DNA from: an uncultured virus (IMG/VR IMGVR_UViG_3300012274_000057)
Taxonomy: Duplodnaviria; Heunggongvirae; Uroviricota; Caudoviricetes
Virus record (IMG/VR): IMGVR_UViG_3300012274_000057
Span: 186,001 to 230,112 of that record
Reading direction: 5' to 3' (one strand)
Length of the DNA: 44,112 nt
Within the stretch, counting starts at the first letter, position 1. Each line of letters begins with the position of its first letter. The position numbers and the translations under genes were made by a program. The notes below the pieces were generated by a model, which did no database searches, had not been told where the DNA came from, and saw only the letters and a program-made list of their open reading frames with translations. This document shows, piece after piece, positions 1 to 8,977 of this stretch.

Positions 1-53
1 ACATTTATATTATTAATAATTTTTAAATAAAAAAGTATTAAGGGGGATAAGAC

Positions 54-236
54 ATGGTAGAAGAAAAAATTGAGAAGCGTAAACCACATATTAATATTGG
101 AACAATAGGACACGTAGACCACGGTGGAACAACATTAACAGCAGCTATAGCATCGGTATTAGCAAATAATGGATATACAAAAGCATTCAGCGATGTCGAT
201 ATAAATAAGGCATCAAAGCATAATGAATATAAATAA
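54..236 (+). CDS. EF-Tu N-terminal fragment (60 aa mini-protein, P-loop Lys->Gly)
   Basis: [23 protein letters not shown] matches EF-Tu [32 protein letters not shown] upstream; clean stop followed by the next gene's RBS. Confidence 0.9.
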   Translation: MVEEKIEKRKPHINIGTIGHVDHGGTTLTAAIASVLANNGYTKAFSDVDINKASKHNEYK

Positions 237-250
237 AGGGGTGGATTAAT

Positions 251-766
251 ATGAAAAAAATTAATACATTAATAATATCAGCATTTCCAGGTTGCGGTAA
301 AACATACGCATTTAAAAATTATAAATTTCAAAATGGTGTATTAGACAGTGATTCTAGTGAATTTAGTTGGGTTAAGGATGAAAATGGAAATAATACAAAA
401 GAAAGGAATCCAGAATTTCCGACTAATTATATTAGACATATACAAGATAATATAGGTAAGGTAGATGTAATATTTGTATCTAGTCACGAAGTTGTTAGAG
501 ATGCTTTAAAAAATGCAAATATAAATTATGCATTAATTTATCCTATAAATACTGAAGAAGTTAAAGCAGACTTCTTAGACAGATATAAAAAAAGAGGAAA
601 TGCAGAACCTTTTATAGAATTCATAGATAAAAATTGGGATCACTTTATCGATCAAATGAATAATGATAATTTTCCAATAAAAATTGCAATTAAAAAGGAT
701 GTTTATATTAATGAGAATATATTACGATATATATTTAAAATTTATAGAAATAAATTAATAAATTAG
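251..766 (+). CDS. P-loop NTPase, nucleotide-kinase-like
   Basis: N-terminal Walker A IISAFPGCGKT then LDSD; 171 aa, NMP-kinase-like size. Confidence 0.65.
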   Translation: MKKINTLIISAFPGCGKTYAFKNYKFQNGVLDSDSSEFSWVKDENGNNTKERNPEFPTNYIRHIQDNIGKVDVIFVSSHEVVRDALKNANINYALIYPINTEEVKADFLDRYKKRGNAEPFIEFIDKNWDHFIDQMNNDNFPIKIAIKKDVYINENILRYIFKIYRNKLIN

Positions 767-774
767 GATATAGA

Positions 775-804
775 ATAAGAGAAGTGGAAGTCCACTTCTC
801 TTAT
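775..804 (+). terminator. intrinsic terminator hairpin
   Basis: ATAAGAGAAGTGGA-AG-TCCACTTCTCTTAT inverted repeat after the 766 stop. Confidence 0.75.
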
Positions 805-900
805 GTCTAGTATATTTTGATTATAATTTAATTTTTATATGCATTAAGGGGACATATAAATTATATTTATGTTATTCGTGTAAAAGCATACTTTTTTGAT

Positions 901-911
901 AATATATTATA
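901..911 (+). promoter_or_regulatory. putative early (virion RNAP) promoter
   Basis: AATATATTATA, shared with about 8 intergenic sites upstream of RBSs. Confidence 0.55.
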
Positions 912-944
912 GATATAATAAGAAATATAGAGGAGATAATTATT

Positions 945-1886
945 ATGAAAAAATTATTTAATAAGTTTGTAGATGACAGACTGAAAGAACAAAAAGAGGA
1001 AATAAAAAAAGAACCAACGAAAAAAGATATAATAATAGAATATTTTATATCACCTGCTATTTTTATAGTAATTTCTATTATTATTATTATATTAATAAAC
1101 ACAGGCTCTATGAAACAAATATTAGTTGGAACACAAAGTTTTATATTTCAAAATAGAACCGAATCAGTACAAGAAACAATGTTATCTGAAAACTCTGCAA
1201 TAACTAATAAGCAAATTGTAGAAGAAGCTGTAAACAATCCTAAATGGCAAACTACAATATCTATGCATGATTGGAATTTAAAATTAGTAACAAAAGTTAC
1301 AGGACAGATAGCTATAGATGATAAAATATCAAATATCGAAATACAATTTGATCAAAATAAACAAATGGCTATGTATTTAATAGATGGTAAAGGACAAATT
1401 GGAATTGACAATTTTATGAAAACCATAGGTTCGGAAAAATTATTAGGATTATTAGTCAACACCTTGGGCAATGCTTCCGATACTAATGGGAAAAACGCAT
1501 CTACTCAACAAATGACTGTTAATACGACAATGCAAAATAATTCGCAGAAAATGTCCCCATCTAAAGATGATTTAATAAGTCTTGTATCTGATTCATATTT
1601 TTATGATAATTGTTCAGGAACAATACAAGAAAATATGCAGGCTGTTTCTCAAGCCAGTTTAAACTGGGATGCAGGATTATTAGATAATGGACAATATTAT
1701 GTATCTATAGTAGGAACCGTAATAGATGAGCCTAATAGTACTTGGCAAATAAATTTTTGTATAGATAATTACGAAAATGGTTCATTCTATATAGATATGA
1801 TGTTGGGGTATTCTAATGGTAGTTGTGTTTCACAAATTTCAGATATAAATGAATTGGAGAACATTATATCTAAATATGCTTGGTAA
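945..1886 (+). CDS. single-pass membrane protein with large extracytoplasmic domain
   Basis: basic N-terminus, hydrophobic run YFISPAIFIVISIIIIILI, RBS GAGGAG. Confidence 0.7.
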   Translation: MKKLFNKFVDDRLKEQKEEIKKEPTKKDIIIEYFISPAIFIVISIIIIILINTGSMKQILVGTQSFIFQNRTESVQETMLSENSAITNKQIVEEAVNNPKWQTTISMHDWNLKLVTKVTGQIAIDDKISNIEIQFDQNKQMAMYLIDGKGQIGIDNFMKTIGSEKLLGLLVNTLGNASDTNGKNASTQQMTVNTTMQNNSQKMSPSKDDLISLVSDSYFYDNCSGTIQENMQAVSQASLNWDAGLLDNGQYYVSIVGTVIDEPNSTWQINFCIDNYENGSFYIDMMLGYSNGSCVSQISDINELENIISKYAW

Positions 1887-1927
1887 AAAAGAAAAGGGTA
1901 TTAGAAATATACCCTTTTTTCTTTTTT
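1885..1927 (+). terminator. intrinsic terminator
   Basis: AAAAGGGTAT...ATACCCTTTTTT stem with T tract. Confidence 0.75.
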
Positions 1928-1942
1928 ATAAATTTACATATG

Positions 1943-1955
1943 ATTATATATTATA
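1943..1955 (+). promoter_or_regulatory. putative early promoter
   Basis: ATTATATATTATA motif. Confidence 0.6.
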
Positions 1956-1997
1956 AACATGAATAATAATAAATATATAATCAAGGGGGATACAATA

Positions 1998-2345
1998 ATG
2001 GAAAATAAAATACTTAGACTACATTATACTGGAGATGTAGATAGAACTGTTAAGCCAGCAATGAGAAAATATTATTGTGATTTAACAGAAGAAATGAATG
2101 AGATATTGGAAGATAAATGTTATATATCACAACCACCTAATGGTATCATTAAAGGGTTTGAGTTATATAGTATAAGAAATGATAAAGGAACTATATTAGA
2201 CTTTATGACAGATAAAGATAAAACGATATCTACTATAAAAACGCATTTTAAAGATTATATAGAAGTAGGATTTATTAAAAGAGATACAGCATTAAAACTA
2301 AAACAAATAATATTAAAATACGTAGGTGCACAATTATCTCTATAA
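1998..2345 (+). CDS. hypothetical protein
   Basis: ORF with RBS AAGGGGGA before ATG 1998 (track start 1959). Confidence 0.7.
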   Translation: MENKILRLHYTGDVDRTVKPAMRKYYCDLTEEMNEILEDKCYISQPPNGIIKGFELYSIRNDKGTILDFMTDKDKTISTIKTHFKDYIEVGFIKRDTALKLKQIILKYVGAQLSL

Positions 2346-2348
2346 GAA

Positions 2349-2376
2349 AAAGAGTATGCAAAAATGCATACTCTTT
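2349..2376. terminator. bidirectional terminator between convergent genes
   Basis: AAAGAGTATGCA-AAAA-TGCATACTCTTT. Confidence 0.75.
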
Positions 2377-3721
2377 ATTTTTTGTCACTTAATTTTGAAT
2401 TGTATATATCATCGATTTCTTTATAATTATCCTGATGTATAACTTTCTCCCTAAGATCAAATTCATTAAATTTATTATATATATAAGTATCATAAACCTT
2501 TTGTATCATATATCTATCTTGTTTATTTATCTTTTTGTTTTTATTCCTAAATATAATGTCTTCTAATTCTTTTCTAGTTTCCTTTATTTTATCTTTTATA
2601 TTTTTTTCCATTTTGGGATCTAAATTAGCTTTAGCTAATTCTTTTTCTAAATAAATTAATTGATCGTTTATTCTTTGTGCCGTTGTAGGATGAGCATCTA
2701 TACCAGTTGCTATAATTTGAATAGGTAATAAAATTATATTGATCAAATGTAAAATAAAACTAGATTTTTCATACGCATATTTTTCTATCATACTGATTTC
2801 TGGATAATTCAATTTTACTAATACACTGGACAAATCTGAACTGTATCCAAACATAGTAACAAAATTATCAGATACTTTTTCATCATTATACAAAAATAAA
2901 CTCCTAATTATATTCATTGGATTGTATGCCTTTATTAATTTAATTATATTTAAATATAAATTTTTAAATATAATTAATGGATCATTTAATACAATTTTTA
3001 AACTCTTAAATAGAATTTTATATACATTAATTAATAACTTCATTGATTCTACACTATCTGCAAATATAATTAATTTATTAGCTCGTTGTTTGATAGCGTT
3101 GTCTATTTTTATCATTATTTTCTGAGTAAAGTTAAAATCTGTTGTAATATTTGTAGCTATATTTGCAAATAATTTAGGTTCAAATAATATTGCTACCAAT
3201 ATATTTTCAATGGTATCTACAACTATCATAGCTTTCTGTACCATTGAAAATATAGCATGATTATTATTTAGTGATGATGAAAAATTATGTCCTATCTCAT
3301 GTAAAATTATTGCTAGAATTTCTCTATCATTTATTTTTTCATTAAATAATAATCCCGAAGTTATAAATACTAAACAACTATAATCAACTTCTTTATCATA
3401 TTTTATCGATTGTTTATCTACTTTAAGATTTTTCCTAGTATTGTAAACATCTAACTTATATCCCAAGGGTATAGTAAATGCATTCATAGAACCATTATAT
3501 TCTATTTGTAAAGAGAATGAACCAAATCCAAAAATTTCTTCTACAATTCTATTGAATTCTAACACTTCTGGTAATGTATTAGCTTTCTTTATTAAGAAAT
3601 TATCTGATCTTAAGACTGATGCTCTTAGTTCACTTAGAGCCTTTTGCAATTGTTTTATTTCTTTAGTTTCACCAAAATAAACTTCATTTATCGACTCTTT
3701 TTTAATACCGTATATTCCCAT
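2375..3721 (-). CDS. zinc metallopeptidase, M48-like
   Basis: NAF..., ILAIILHEIGH (HExxH), DEKVSDNF..FGY..L.S.L.KL and HPTTAQRI, the usual M48 motif order; RBS GGAGAGGA. Confidence 0.75.
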   Translation of the reverse strand: MGIYGIKKESINEVYFGETKEIKQLQKALSELRASVLRSDNFLIKKANTLPEVLEFNRIVEEIFGFGSFSLQIEYNGSMNAFTIPLGYKLDVYNTRKNLKVDKQSIKYDKEVDYSCLVFITSGLLFNEKINDREILAIILHEIGHNFSSSLNNNHAIFSMVQKAMIVVDTIENILVAILFEPKLFANIATNITTDFNFTQKIMIKIDNAIKQRANKLIIFADSVESMKLLINVYKILFKSLKIVLNDPLIIFKNLYLNIIKLIKAYNPMNIIRSLFLYNDEKVSDNFVTMFGYSSDLSSVLVKLNYPEISMIEKYAYEKSSFILHLINIILLPIQIIATGIDAHPTTAQRINDQLIYLEKELAKANLDPKMEKNIKDKIKETRKELEDIIFRNKNKKINKQDRYMIQKVYDTYIYNKFNEFDLREKVIHQDNYKEIDDIYNSKLSDKK

Positions 3722-3739
3722 ATTTATCACTCCTCTCCA

Positions 3740-3764
3740 TATTTATATGTTAAACATTACAATA
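3740..3764. promoter_or_regulatory. back-to-back divergent AACA-N6-TA late-type promoters
   Basis: minus 3751-3740 AACA-TATAAA-TA; plus 3753-3764 AACA-TTACAA-TA. Confidence 0.7.
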
Positions 3765-3784
3765 ATTATAAGGAGGTATGGAAA

Positions 3785-4960
3785 ATGAAGAATACAGATG
3801 CTTTGGTCAAAGAATTATATCCACTAGTGGCTAATAGTTTGGCTAAAAATACAAATAAACTTAAACAGTGTATTGGAAGATTTATAGAAAAAAGATCAAA
3901 AGAACTATATGATACATGCCCTTGTGATCGTATATATTACGGGGTCGATGATAAACAAGATTTTTTTAAAACATTAGGTATACAAGAAAGTCAAGTAACA
4001 GATATTTTATCCAGAACGTATTATTGGGATATAGCTGCTTTTAACCCTAGAGCGGCTAAAGATGAACTTACTGTTACATTATTAATGGTTGTAAGATATT
4101 TTTATCTTAAAAAAATGCAATCAGAATTAGAATTAAGTTCTATATATCTAGCTTTTTCTCCTAAATTTTATACATCTATTCATACTGGTCAATTTCCTAA
4201 ATTTTCACCATCTGAATATAGACATATAATGGAATATGTGGTAAATAATCTATTAAACGAAAGATATGACTTAAAAAGTCAAGGAAGTGTATTTAAGGCT
4301 ATAAAAAGCATATGTGTAACTTGGCTTAATACCTATGGAGATAAATTAAGAAATTCAGATGATGATGATGCTGTATATATGATTCAACAACTTCATAATA
4401 GAATAAAATCATTTATGAAAAATATTGCAGAAGTGTATTATGAAGCATACAATAATAAAGAGTCATATTTAGTTTATGATAGTGATAATGTATCTGAAGA
4501 TAATTATCATATTGCAGATAACGATTCATTAAGGATAGAACGACATGTTGAAAAAACAATGTCATATATAAACAGCACTAGTGTAGATTATAGAATATGT
4601 AAAATGGCTTCTGATAGTAACGTTAAAACAGATGAAGTTAAGGGTATAATAGAATTAATACTAAATGATAATACAAATGTTGTTTTAATTAAAGAATTAA
4701 TAAGACTTATAATAACTGATTATTTTTCAGTAGATAAAATGAAAGATGTGCGAGATGTCAAATTTATATCATATTCTATAACACCAAAACCAAATTCAAA
4801 AAATCCTATTATATTAAGACAAAAATCTATAATAGAGGCTTGGCTAAATGAAAACTCTCCAGCTTATAGAAAGAGAAAGTCTAGAGAAGCGACAAAATCA
4901 AGTTATCATAAATCTGTAACAACATATTTTGTATTGCTTATTCATGCAGCCAATAAATAA
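3785..4960 (+). CDS. hypothetical protein, co-transcribed with virion RNAP beta-C piece
   Basis: RBS AGGAGG before ATG 3785 (track start 3644 overlaps the opposite gene); long ORF; no motif recognised. Confidence 0.8.
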   Translation: MKNTDALVKELYPLVANSLAKNTNKLKQCIGRFIEKRSKELYDTCPCDRIYYGVDDKQDFFKTLGIQESQVTDILSRTYYWDIAAFNPRAAKDELTVTLLMVVRYFYLKKMQSELELSSIYLAFSPKFYTSIHTGQFPKFSPSEYRHIMEYVVNNLLNERYDLKSQGSVFKAIKSICVTWLNTYGDKLRNSDDDDAVYMIQQLHNRIKSFMKNIAEVYYEAYNNKESYLVYDSDNVSEDNYHIADNDSLRIERHVEKTMSYINSTSVDYRICKMASDSNVKTDEVKGIIELILNDNTNVVLIKELIRLIITDYFSVDKMKDVRDVKFISYSITPKPNSKNPIILRQKSIIEAWLNENSPAYRKRKSREATKSSYHKSVTTYFVLLIHAANK

Positions 4961-4972
4961 GGAGGAATCATT

Positions 4973-5704
4973 ATGGAAATAACGAAAAAACAGAGACAAG
5001 AAGTAGAAGCTATAGTATATGAAACAATGAATATACTTGATAAGTCAGGAACTAATACAGAATATTATAAAAATAAATTTGCAAGTATGGATGATAAACA
5101 ATTTTTAAAATATGTATCATTAAAATTTCCATACAGATTCCATGTTAAACCCTTTGAAGTAGAACCTACAATGGAAGATGTCTCTAAAGCATGTGACTTT
5201 TTAAATGTACCTCTATTAGAAAAAATTAAATTACCATATCTTTATACAAATAAAGATGGTGTATCGGTAAATTCTAAAGAATGTTTAGTAGGATATACAC
5301 ATTTAAAGAAGGTACAACAATTTGTAACTAAGAAAAACTCAATGTCTACAGACATATCCACAAGGGATATGAAGACTGGACTATTAACAGGGTTTGATAA
5401 AAATGGTAAATCATCAGATAGGGAAATAGAATCACTTGCAGTTTTAGGATTAGAAAACACACTAGAAGAATTTTCTAAATATAAGGCAGATTATATGGGT
5501 GGAAAGAATATTATGTATAATGAAATTAATACAACTGGACAGGTATATTTAAAAGATATGCCAGTAGACCCAGATGATTCATTATCTAAAAAATTAACGA
5601 ATGTGTATCTTTTAGGTGCAGGTATAAATTCCAACTTATTAAATCAAGATTATTATCTTCTTCATACATTAAATAAGAAAAATAGACAGGTTACTAGGGT
5701 ATAA
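4973..5704 (+). CDS. RNA polymerase beta subunit, extreme C-terminal piece (probably virion RNAP)
   Basis: VGYTHLKKVQQFVTKKNSMS...KSSDREIESLAVLGLENTLEEF parallels RpoB VGYMYMLKLxHLVDDKIHAR...RFGEMEVWALxAYGAxxTLQE; a second beta-C lies at 10299. Confidence 0.7.
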   Translation: MEITKKQRQEVEAIVYETMNILDKSGTNTEYYKNKFASMDDKQFLKYVSLKFPYRFHVKPFEVEPTMEDVSKACDFLNVPLLEKIKLPYLYTNKDGVSVNSKECLVGYTHLKKVQQFVTKKNSMSTDISTRDMKTGLLTGFDKNGKSSDREIESLAVLGLENTLEEFSKYKADYMGGKNIMYNEINTTGQVYLKDMPVDPDDSLSKKLTNVYLLGAGINSNLLNQDYYLLHTLNKKNRQVTRV

Positions 5705-5723
5705 ATTTTGTAAAAAATACTAT

Positions 5724-5737
5724 AATTATATATTATA
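5724..5737 (+). promoter_or_regulatory. putative early promoter (AACA-N6-TA also at 5774-5785)
   Basis: AATTATATATTATA exact match. Confidence 0.6.
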
Positions 5738-5803
5738 ATACTGTAATAACAAATTAAATATTATAATTATACTAACAGACAATTAAAAGGAGTTGATTAA
5801 ATA

Positions 5804-5926
5804 ATGTCTGAAAAAAAAGAATATGGAGTGATAAATGAAATTGCATATTTAGGCAATGAATTTATACCAATGTCAGATGAAGATCAAAAGAAATTAAAGA
5901 AACAAAAAGGAGATAAAGAGGAGTAA
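5804..5926 (+). CDS. 40-aa small protein (not in ORF track)
   Basis: RBS AAGGAG; MSEKKEYGVINEIAYLGNEFIPMSDEDQKKLKKQKGDKEE; hairpin 5912-5939 at its end. Confidence 0.6.
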   Translation: MSEKKEYGVINEIAYLGNEFIPMSDEDQKKLKKQKGDKEE

Positions 5927-5973
5927 AATCCTCTTTATCATCTCAATAATTATCTTAAAGGGGGAAAATAATA

Positions 5974-6747
5974 ATGAAAAACTTAAATAAAAAATTATTA
6001 TTAATAGTGTCGATAATGATGGTATTATTCGGAGGATACATATACCATTATGAAACAAAACTAGCAACTCAAAGAGAAGGATATTTAAAAGAAATACAAG
6101 CTTTAGAAGTTAAAGCTGAATTAGCAGAAAATGATGCAGCTGCATATAAATTTTTATATGCTCAATCAGATAAAGATATAAATAAAGAACAAGAGAAGAC
6201 ACAAGCGGTTGTAGCTGAATTAAATTCACTTAAAGAAGAAATTGCTTATTCTAAAGAAATAGAATATCAAAGAGCATCTCGTGGTGCTATGGATATGACA
6301 CCTTTAACAGAATATGCAATACTGTCAGTGCAAGAAATGAATGAATGGATTGCTAGTCAAGCACCATCAAATAGCCCATTCATAGGAGAGGGTGAAGCTT
6401 TCTTAATAGCATCACAAGAATCAGGATTGAGTCCAAAATATATATTAGCTCATGCAGCTTTAGAATCTGAATGGGGTAATTCAGAAATATGTAGACTAAA
6501 GAATAATTTCTTTGGTATAAATGCCACAAATATAAACCCAACAGAAAACGCAAAAGAATTTGATTCGTTTACTAGTGGAATAGTAGAAGGAGCTAAATGG
6601 ATAGCTAGAAATTATACTAATAAAGGACAAGATACATTACAGTCTATGATATTCGGTTCTAAGGCATATGCACAATATGACGATGGAAGTCCAAATGATT
6701 CATGGATTGGTAAAGTTGAATCAATAATGTCACATATTAATAAATAA
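5974..6747 (+). CDS. membrane-anchored glucosaminidase (GH73-type peptidoglycan hydrolase)
   Basis: N-terminal TM, coiled coil, RASRG linker, then ILAHAALESEWGNS...NNFFGINA and YA motif. Confidence 0.85.
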   Translation: MKNLNKKLLLIVSIMMVLFGGYIYHYETKLATQREGYLKEIQALEVKAELAENDAAAYKFLYAQSDKDINKEQEKTQAVVAELNSLKEEIAYSKEIEYQRASRGAMDMTPLTEYAILSVQEMNEWIASQAPSNSPFIGEGEAFLIASQESGLSPKYILAHAALESEWGNSEICRLKNNFFGINATNINPTENAKEFDSFTSGIVEGAKWIARNYTNKGQDTLQSMIFGSKAYAQYDDGSPNDSWIGKVESIMSHINK

Positions 6748-6776
6748 TAAATATTAGATTTTAAGGAGGAAATAAA

Positions 6777-7982
6777 ATGAAAATTAAAATTATAGGAACA
6801 GGTGCATGTGGAAATAAAGCCACTATAGACGTGTTAAAAGAAGATGTTCTATCAAACGAAGATGTACTATTATTAAATAGCACTTTAAGAGACATACCAG
6901 AACCTTATAGAAAAGAAGCAATACTGTTTGAAGATTCACCTGGAGGCTGTGGCAAAGAAACGGCAATAGGTGCCGAATTGGCTTATAATTCTCTTAAAGG
7001 AGAAATAGGAGAAAGAATAGAAAAATTGGTAGATGAAAGTACAGATCTTGTTGTCGTAACAGCTTCGTCAGGAGGAGGTACTGGAGCAGGAAGCTTACCT
7101 GAGATAGCTGGATATTGCACACAAGTAATTGGAGTTCCCGTATTATGTTTTATATTTACAGGATTCGAAGATGATGGAAGAGAACTTCAAAATACTATTG
7201 AATTATTCCAAAAATTAAATGAAAATTATACAATTCAGGCTATATCTAATAAGAAATTCTTATTAGGAACAAATAATAGATTAAAAGCAGAGAAACTTGC
7301 AAATGATGAATTTGTTAGAAGAATAAGAATTCTTACTGGAATAGATATAGTAGATTCAGAAAGGAATATGGATGAATTTGATTTATTCAAATCATCTACT
7401 ACACCAGGCTTCATGACAATGGGGTATATTGATCTTCCAAAATTAAAAAATGAAGATCAATTTAACAAAGCTTTAATTTCAGTTATTGATAATGATAAAT
7501 CATTAGATACTGAAAAATCAGCAAAAAGATTGGGAGTGATAATAAATTTAAACGAGGAATCACAAGAATTTATAGATTATAGCTTTAGTGCTATAAAAGA
7601 AAGACTTGGGCATCCTTATGAAATATTTACTCATATTCAATATGATTCTGAACAACCAGAATATGTATCATTTATAGCCTCAGGTATGAAAATGCCTATG
7701 GATGAATTAAATGCTATATATAATAAATATAAACAAGAATCAAATAAAGTAAACAAAGGAAAAGATGATTTCTTCGAATATGCAGCCAAATTAAGAGGTA
7801 ACGATGAGGATGCTATCTTTGATAGTCCAATAAAAAGAGGAAGGAGGAATACAAGTAATAAAGACGATTTCTTTAGTTCTTTTTCAAAGAATAATAAAAA
7901 ATCACCTTCTGTAAAAGAAGATAAAGTATCAAATAATATTAATAATAACGTTACTACAAAATCAAAACTTAGTAAGTATTAG
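6777..7982 (+). CDS. tubulin/FtsZ-family GTPase (PhuZ/TubZ-like)
   Basis: IIGTGACGNK, GGCGK, tubulin signature SGGGTGAG, T7-loop-like NMDEFD, low-complexity C-tail. Confidence 0.9.
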   Translation: MKIKIIGTGACGNKATIDVLKEDVLSNEDVLLLNSTLRDIPEPYRKEAILFEDSPGGCGKETAIGAELAYNSLKGEIGERIEKLVDESTDLVVVTASSGGGTGAGSLPEIAGYCTQVIGVPVLCFIFTGFEDDGRELQNTIELFQKLNENYTIQAISNKKFLLGTNNRLKAEKLANDEFVRRIRILTGIDIVDSERNMDEFDLFKSSTTPGFMTMGYIDLPKLKNEDQFNKALISVIDNDKSLDTEKSAKRLGVIINLNEESQEFIDYSFSAIKERLGHPYEIFTHIQYDSEQPEYVSFIASGMKMPMDELNAIYNKYKQESNKVNKGKDDFFEYAAKLRGNDEDAIFDSPIKRGRRNTSNKDDFFSSFSKNNKKSPSVKEDKVSNNINNNVTTKSKLSKY

Positions 7983-7995
7983 GAGGTAGTAAAAT

Positions 7996-8874
7996 ATGTT
8001 TGAAGAATTAGAGAGTAAATTACAACAAGAAAAACCATTACAACAAATACCAATAAATGGAGTTTTAGATTCTCCTTTATTCAATCCAGATGGATATAGA
8101 GAAAAACTAAAACACATAGATGAAATGACTGATAGAGAGTTATATAACTTGCTTAAAGATAATCATGTGACTATTCTAAGTGATTTATTTATGAATAATA
8201 ATATGATGTATTTATCATTAATCACAAATAGTAAGTTTCTAACTGCAATGATACAGGTCATGGGAAGTATACCTGATATATCTCACGATATAACCGTATT
8301 TTGTAATAAACTTGCATACGATTATTTAACATTAGCAGATGTAGAAAAAGACTCATATATAAAACAACTTTTATTTGCATTATCAAAAACGGTAAATAAA
8401 AGAGTTATACCTTCATTATTAGGTATAGGTATTCCAGAAGATTTAGCTTCATATTTAGCATTAGCTAGATATTCTTCTCAGAAAGAAATGGTTAATGTGA
8501 AAAGATTAAATTTAGTAATAATGAATTCATCACAAGAACTAATGACAGAACAAAGAATTGTGTGGATTTATGAAAAATTATTTAACAAAATCACAATGTT
8601 ATTTGAAGCAACAATGTTTGATGTATATAAACAAGAAGAGTTAACTGAAAGTATGGATATAATATATTCAACTATCGGGTTAGCTGTAATAGATATATTA
8701 AATGGAATGCCTATGGCAGATATAAGAAAGGTGCTTATATCATATGCTGGAGATTATAATGCATTATATATAAACTCAGGTGTTAAATTTTCTATAAAGT
8801 CTTTATCAGGTGAATATCAAAGGATTTTAGATGTTGTTGAATTGCTTAAAGAAGAACAAATCTATGTTCCTTAA
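7996..8874 (+). CDS. hypothetical protein
   Basis: 292-aa ORF, RBS AGGAGG, terminator 8888-8920. Confidence 0.8.
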   Translation: MFEELESKLQQEKPLQQIPINGVLDSPLFNPDGYREKLKHIDEMTDRELYNLLKDNHVTILSDLFMNNNMMYLSLITNSKFLTAMIQVMGSIPDISHDITVFCNKLAYDYLTLADVEKDSYIKQLLFALSKTVNKRVIPSLLGIGIPEDLASYLALARYSSQKEMVNVKRLNLVIMNSSQELMTEQRIVWIYEKLFNKITMLFEATMFDVYKQEELTESMDIIYSTIGLAVIDILNGMPMADIRKVLISYAGDYNALYINSGVKFSIKSLSGEYQRILDVVELLKEEQIYVP

Positions 8875-8887
8875 GGATTAAATATGA

Positions 8888-8920
8888 GAGATACGAGTTT
8901 TCGTATCTCTTTATTTTTTA
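8888..8920 (+). terminator. intrinsic terminator
   Basis: AGAGATACGA-GTTT-TCGTATCTCT followed by T tract. Confidence 0.8.
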
Positions 8921-8937
8921 TTTTTTATTACATAATT

Positions 8938-8949
8938 AACTTATTAATA
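8938..8949 (+). promoter_or_regulatory. AACT-N6-TA promoter variant
   Basis: AACT-TATTAA-TA upstream of the recA-like RBS. Confidence 0.45.
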
Positions 8950-8977
8950 AGGAAAATGTTGAGAAGGAGTGTTATGA

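Noticed and set aside
54..3721. EF-Tu fragment and HExxH protease as a Lit-like functional pair
   Set aside because: Different strands and promoter classes, and the protease looks M48-like; proximity is the only link
3785..4960. Chimallin (nuclear shell) or sigma-like subunit assignment
   Set aside because: No recognisable motif by eye; needs HHpred or Foldseek
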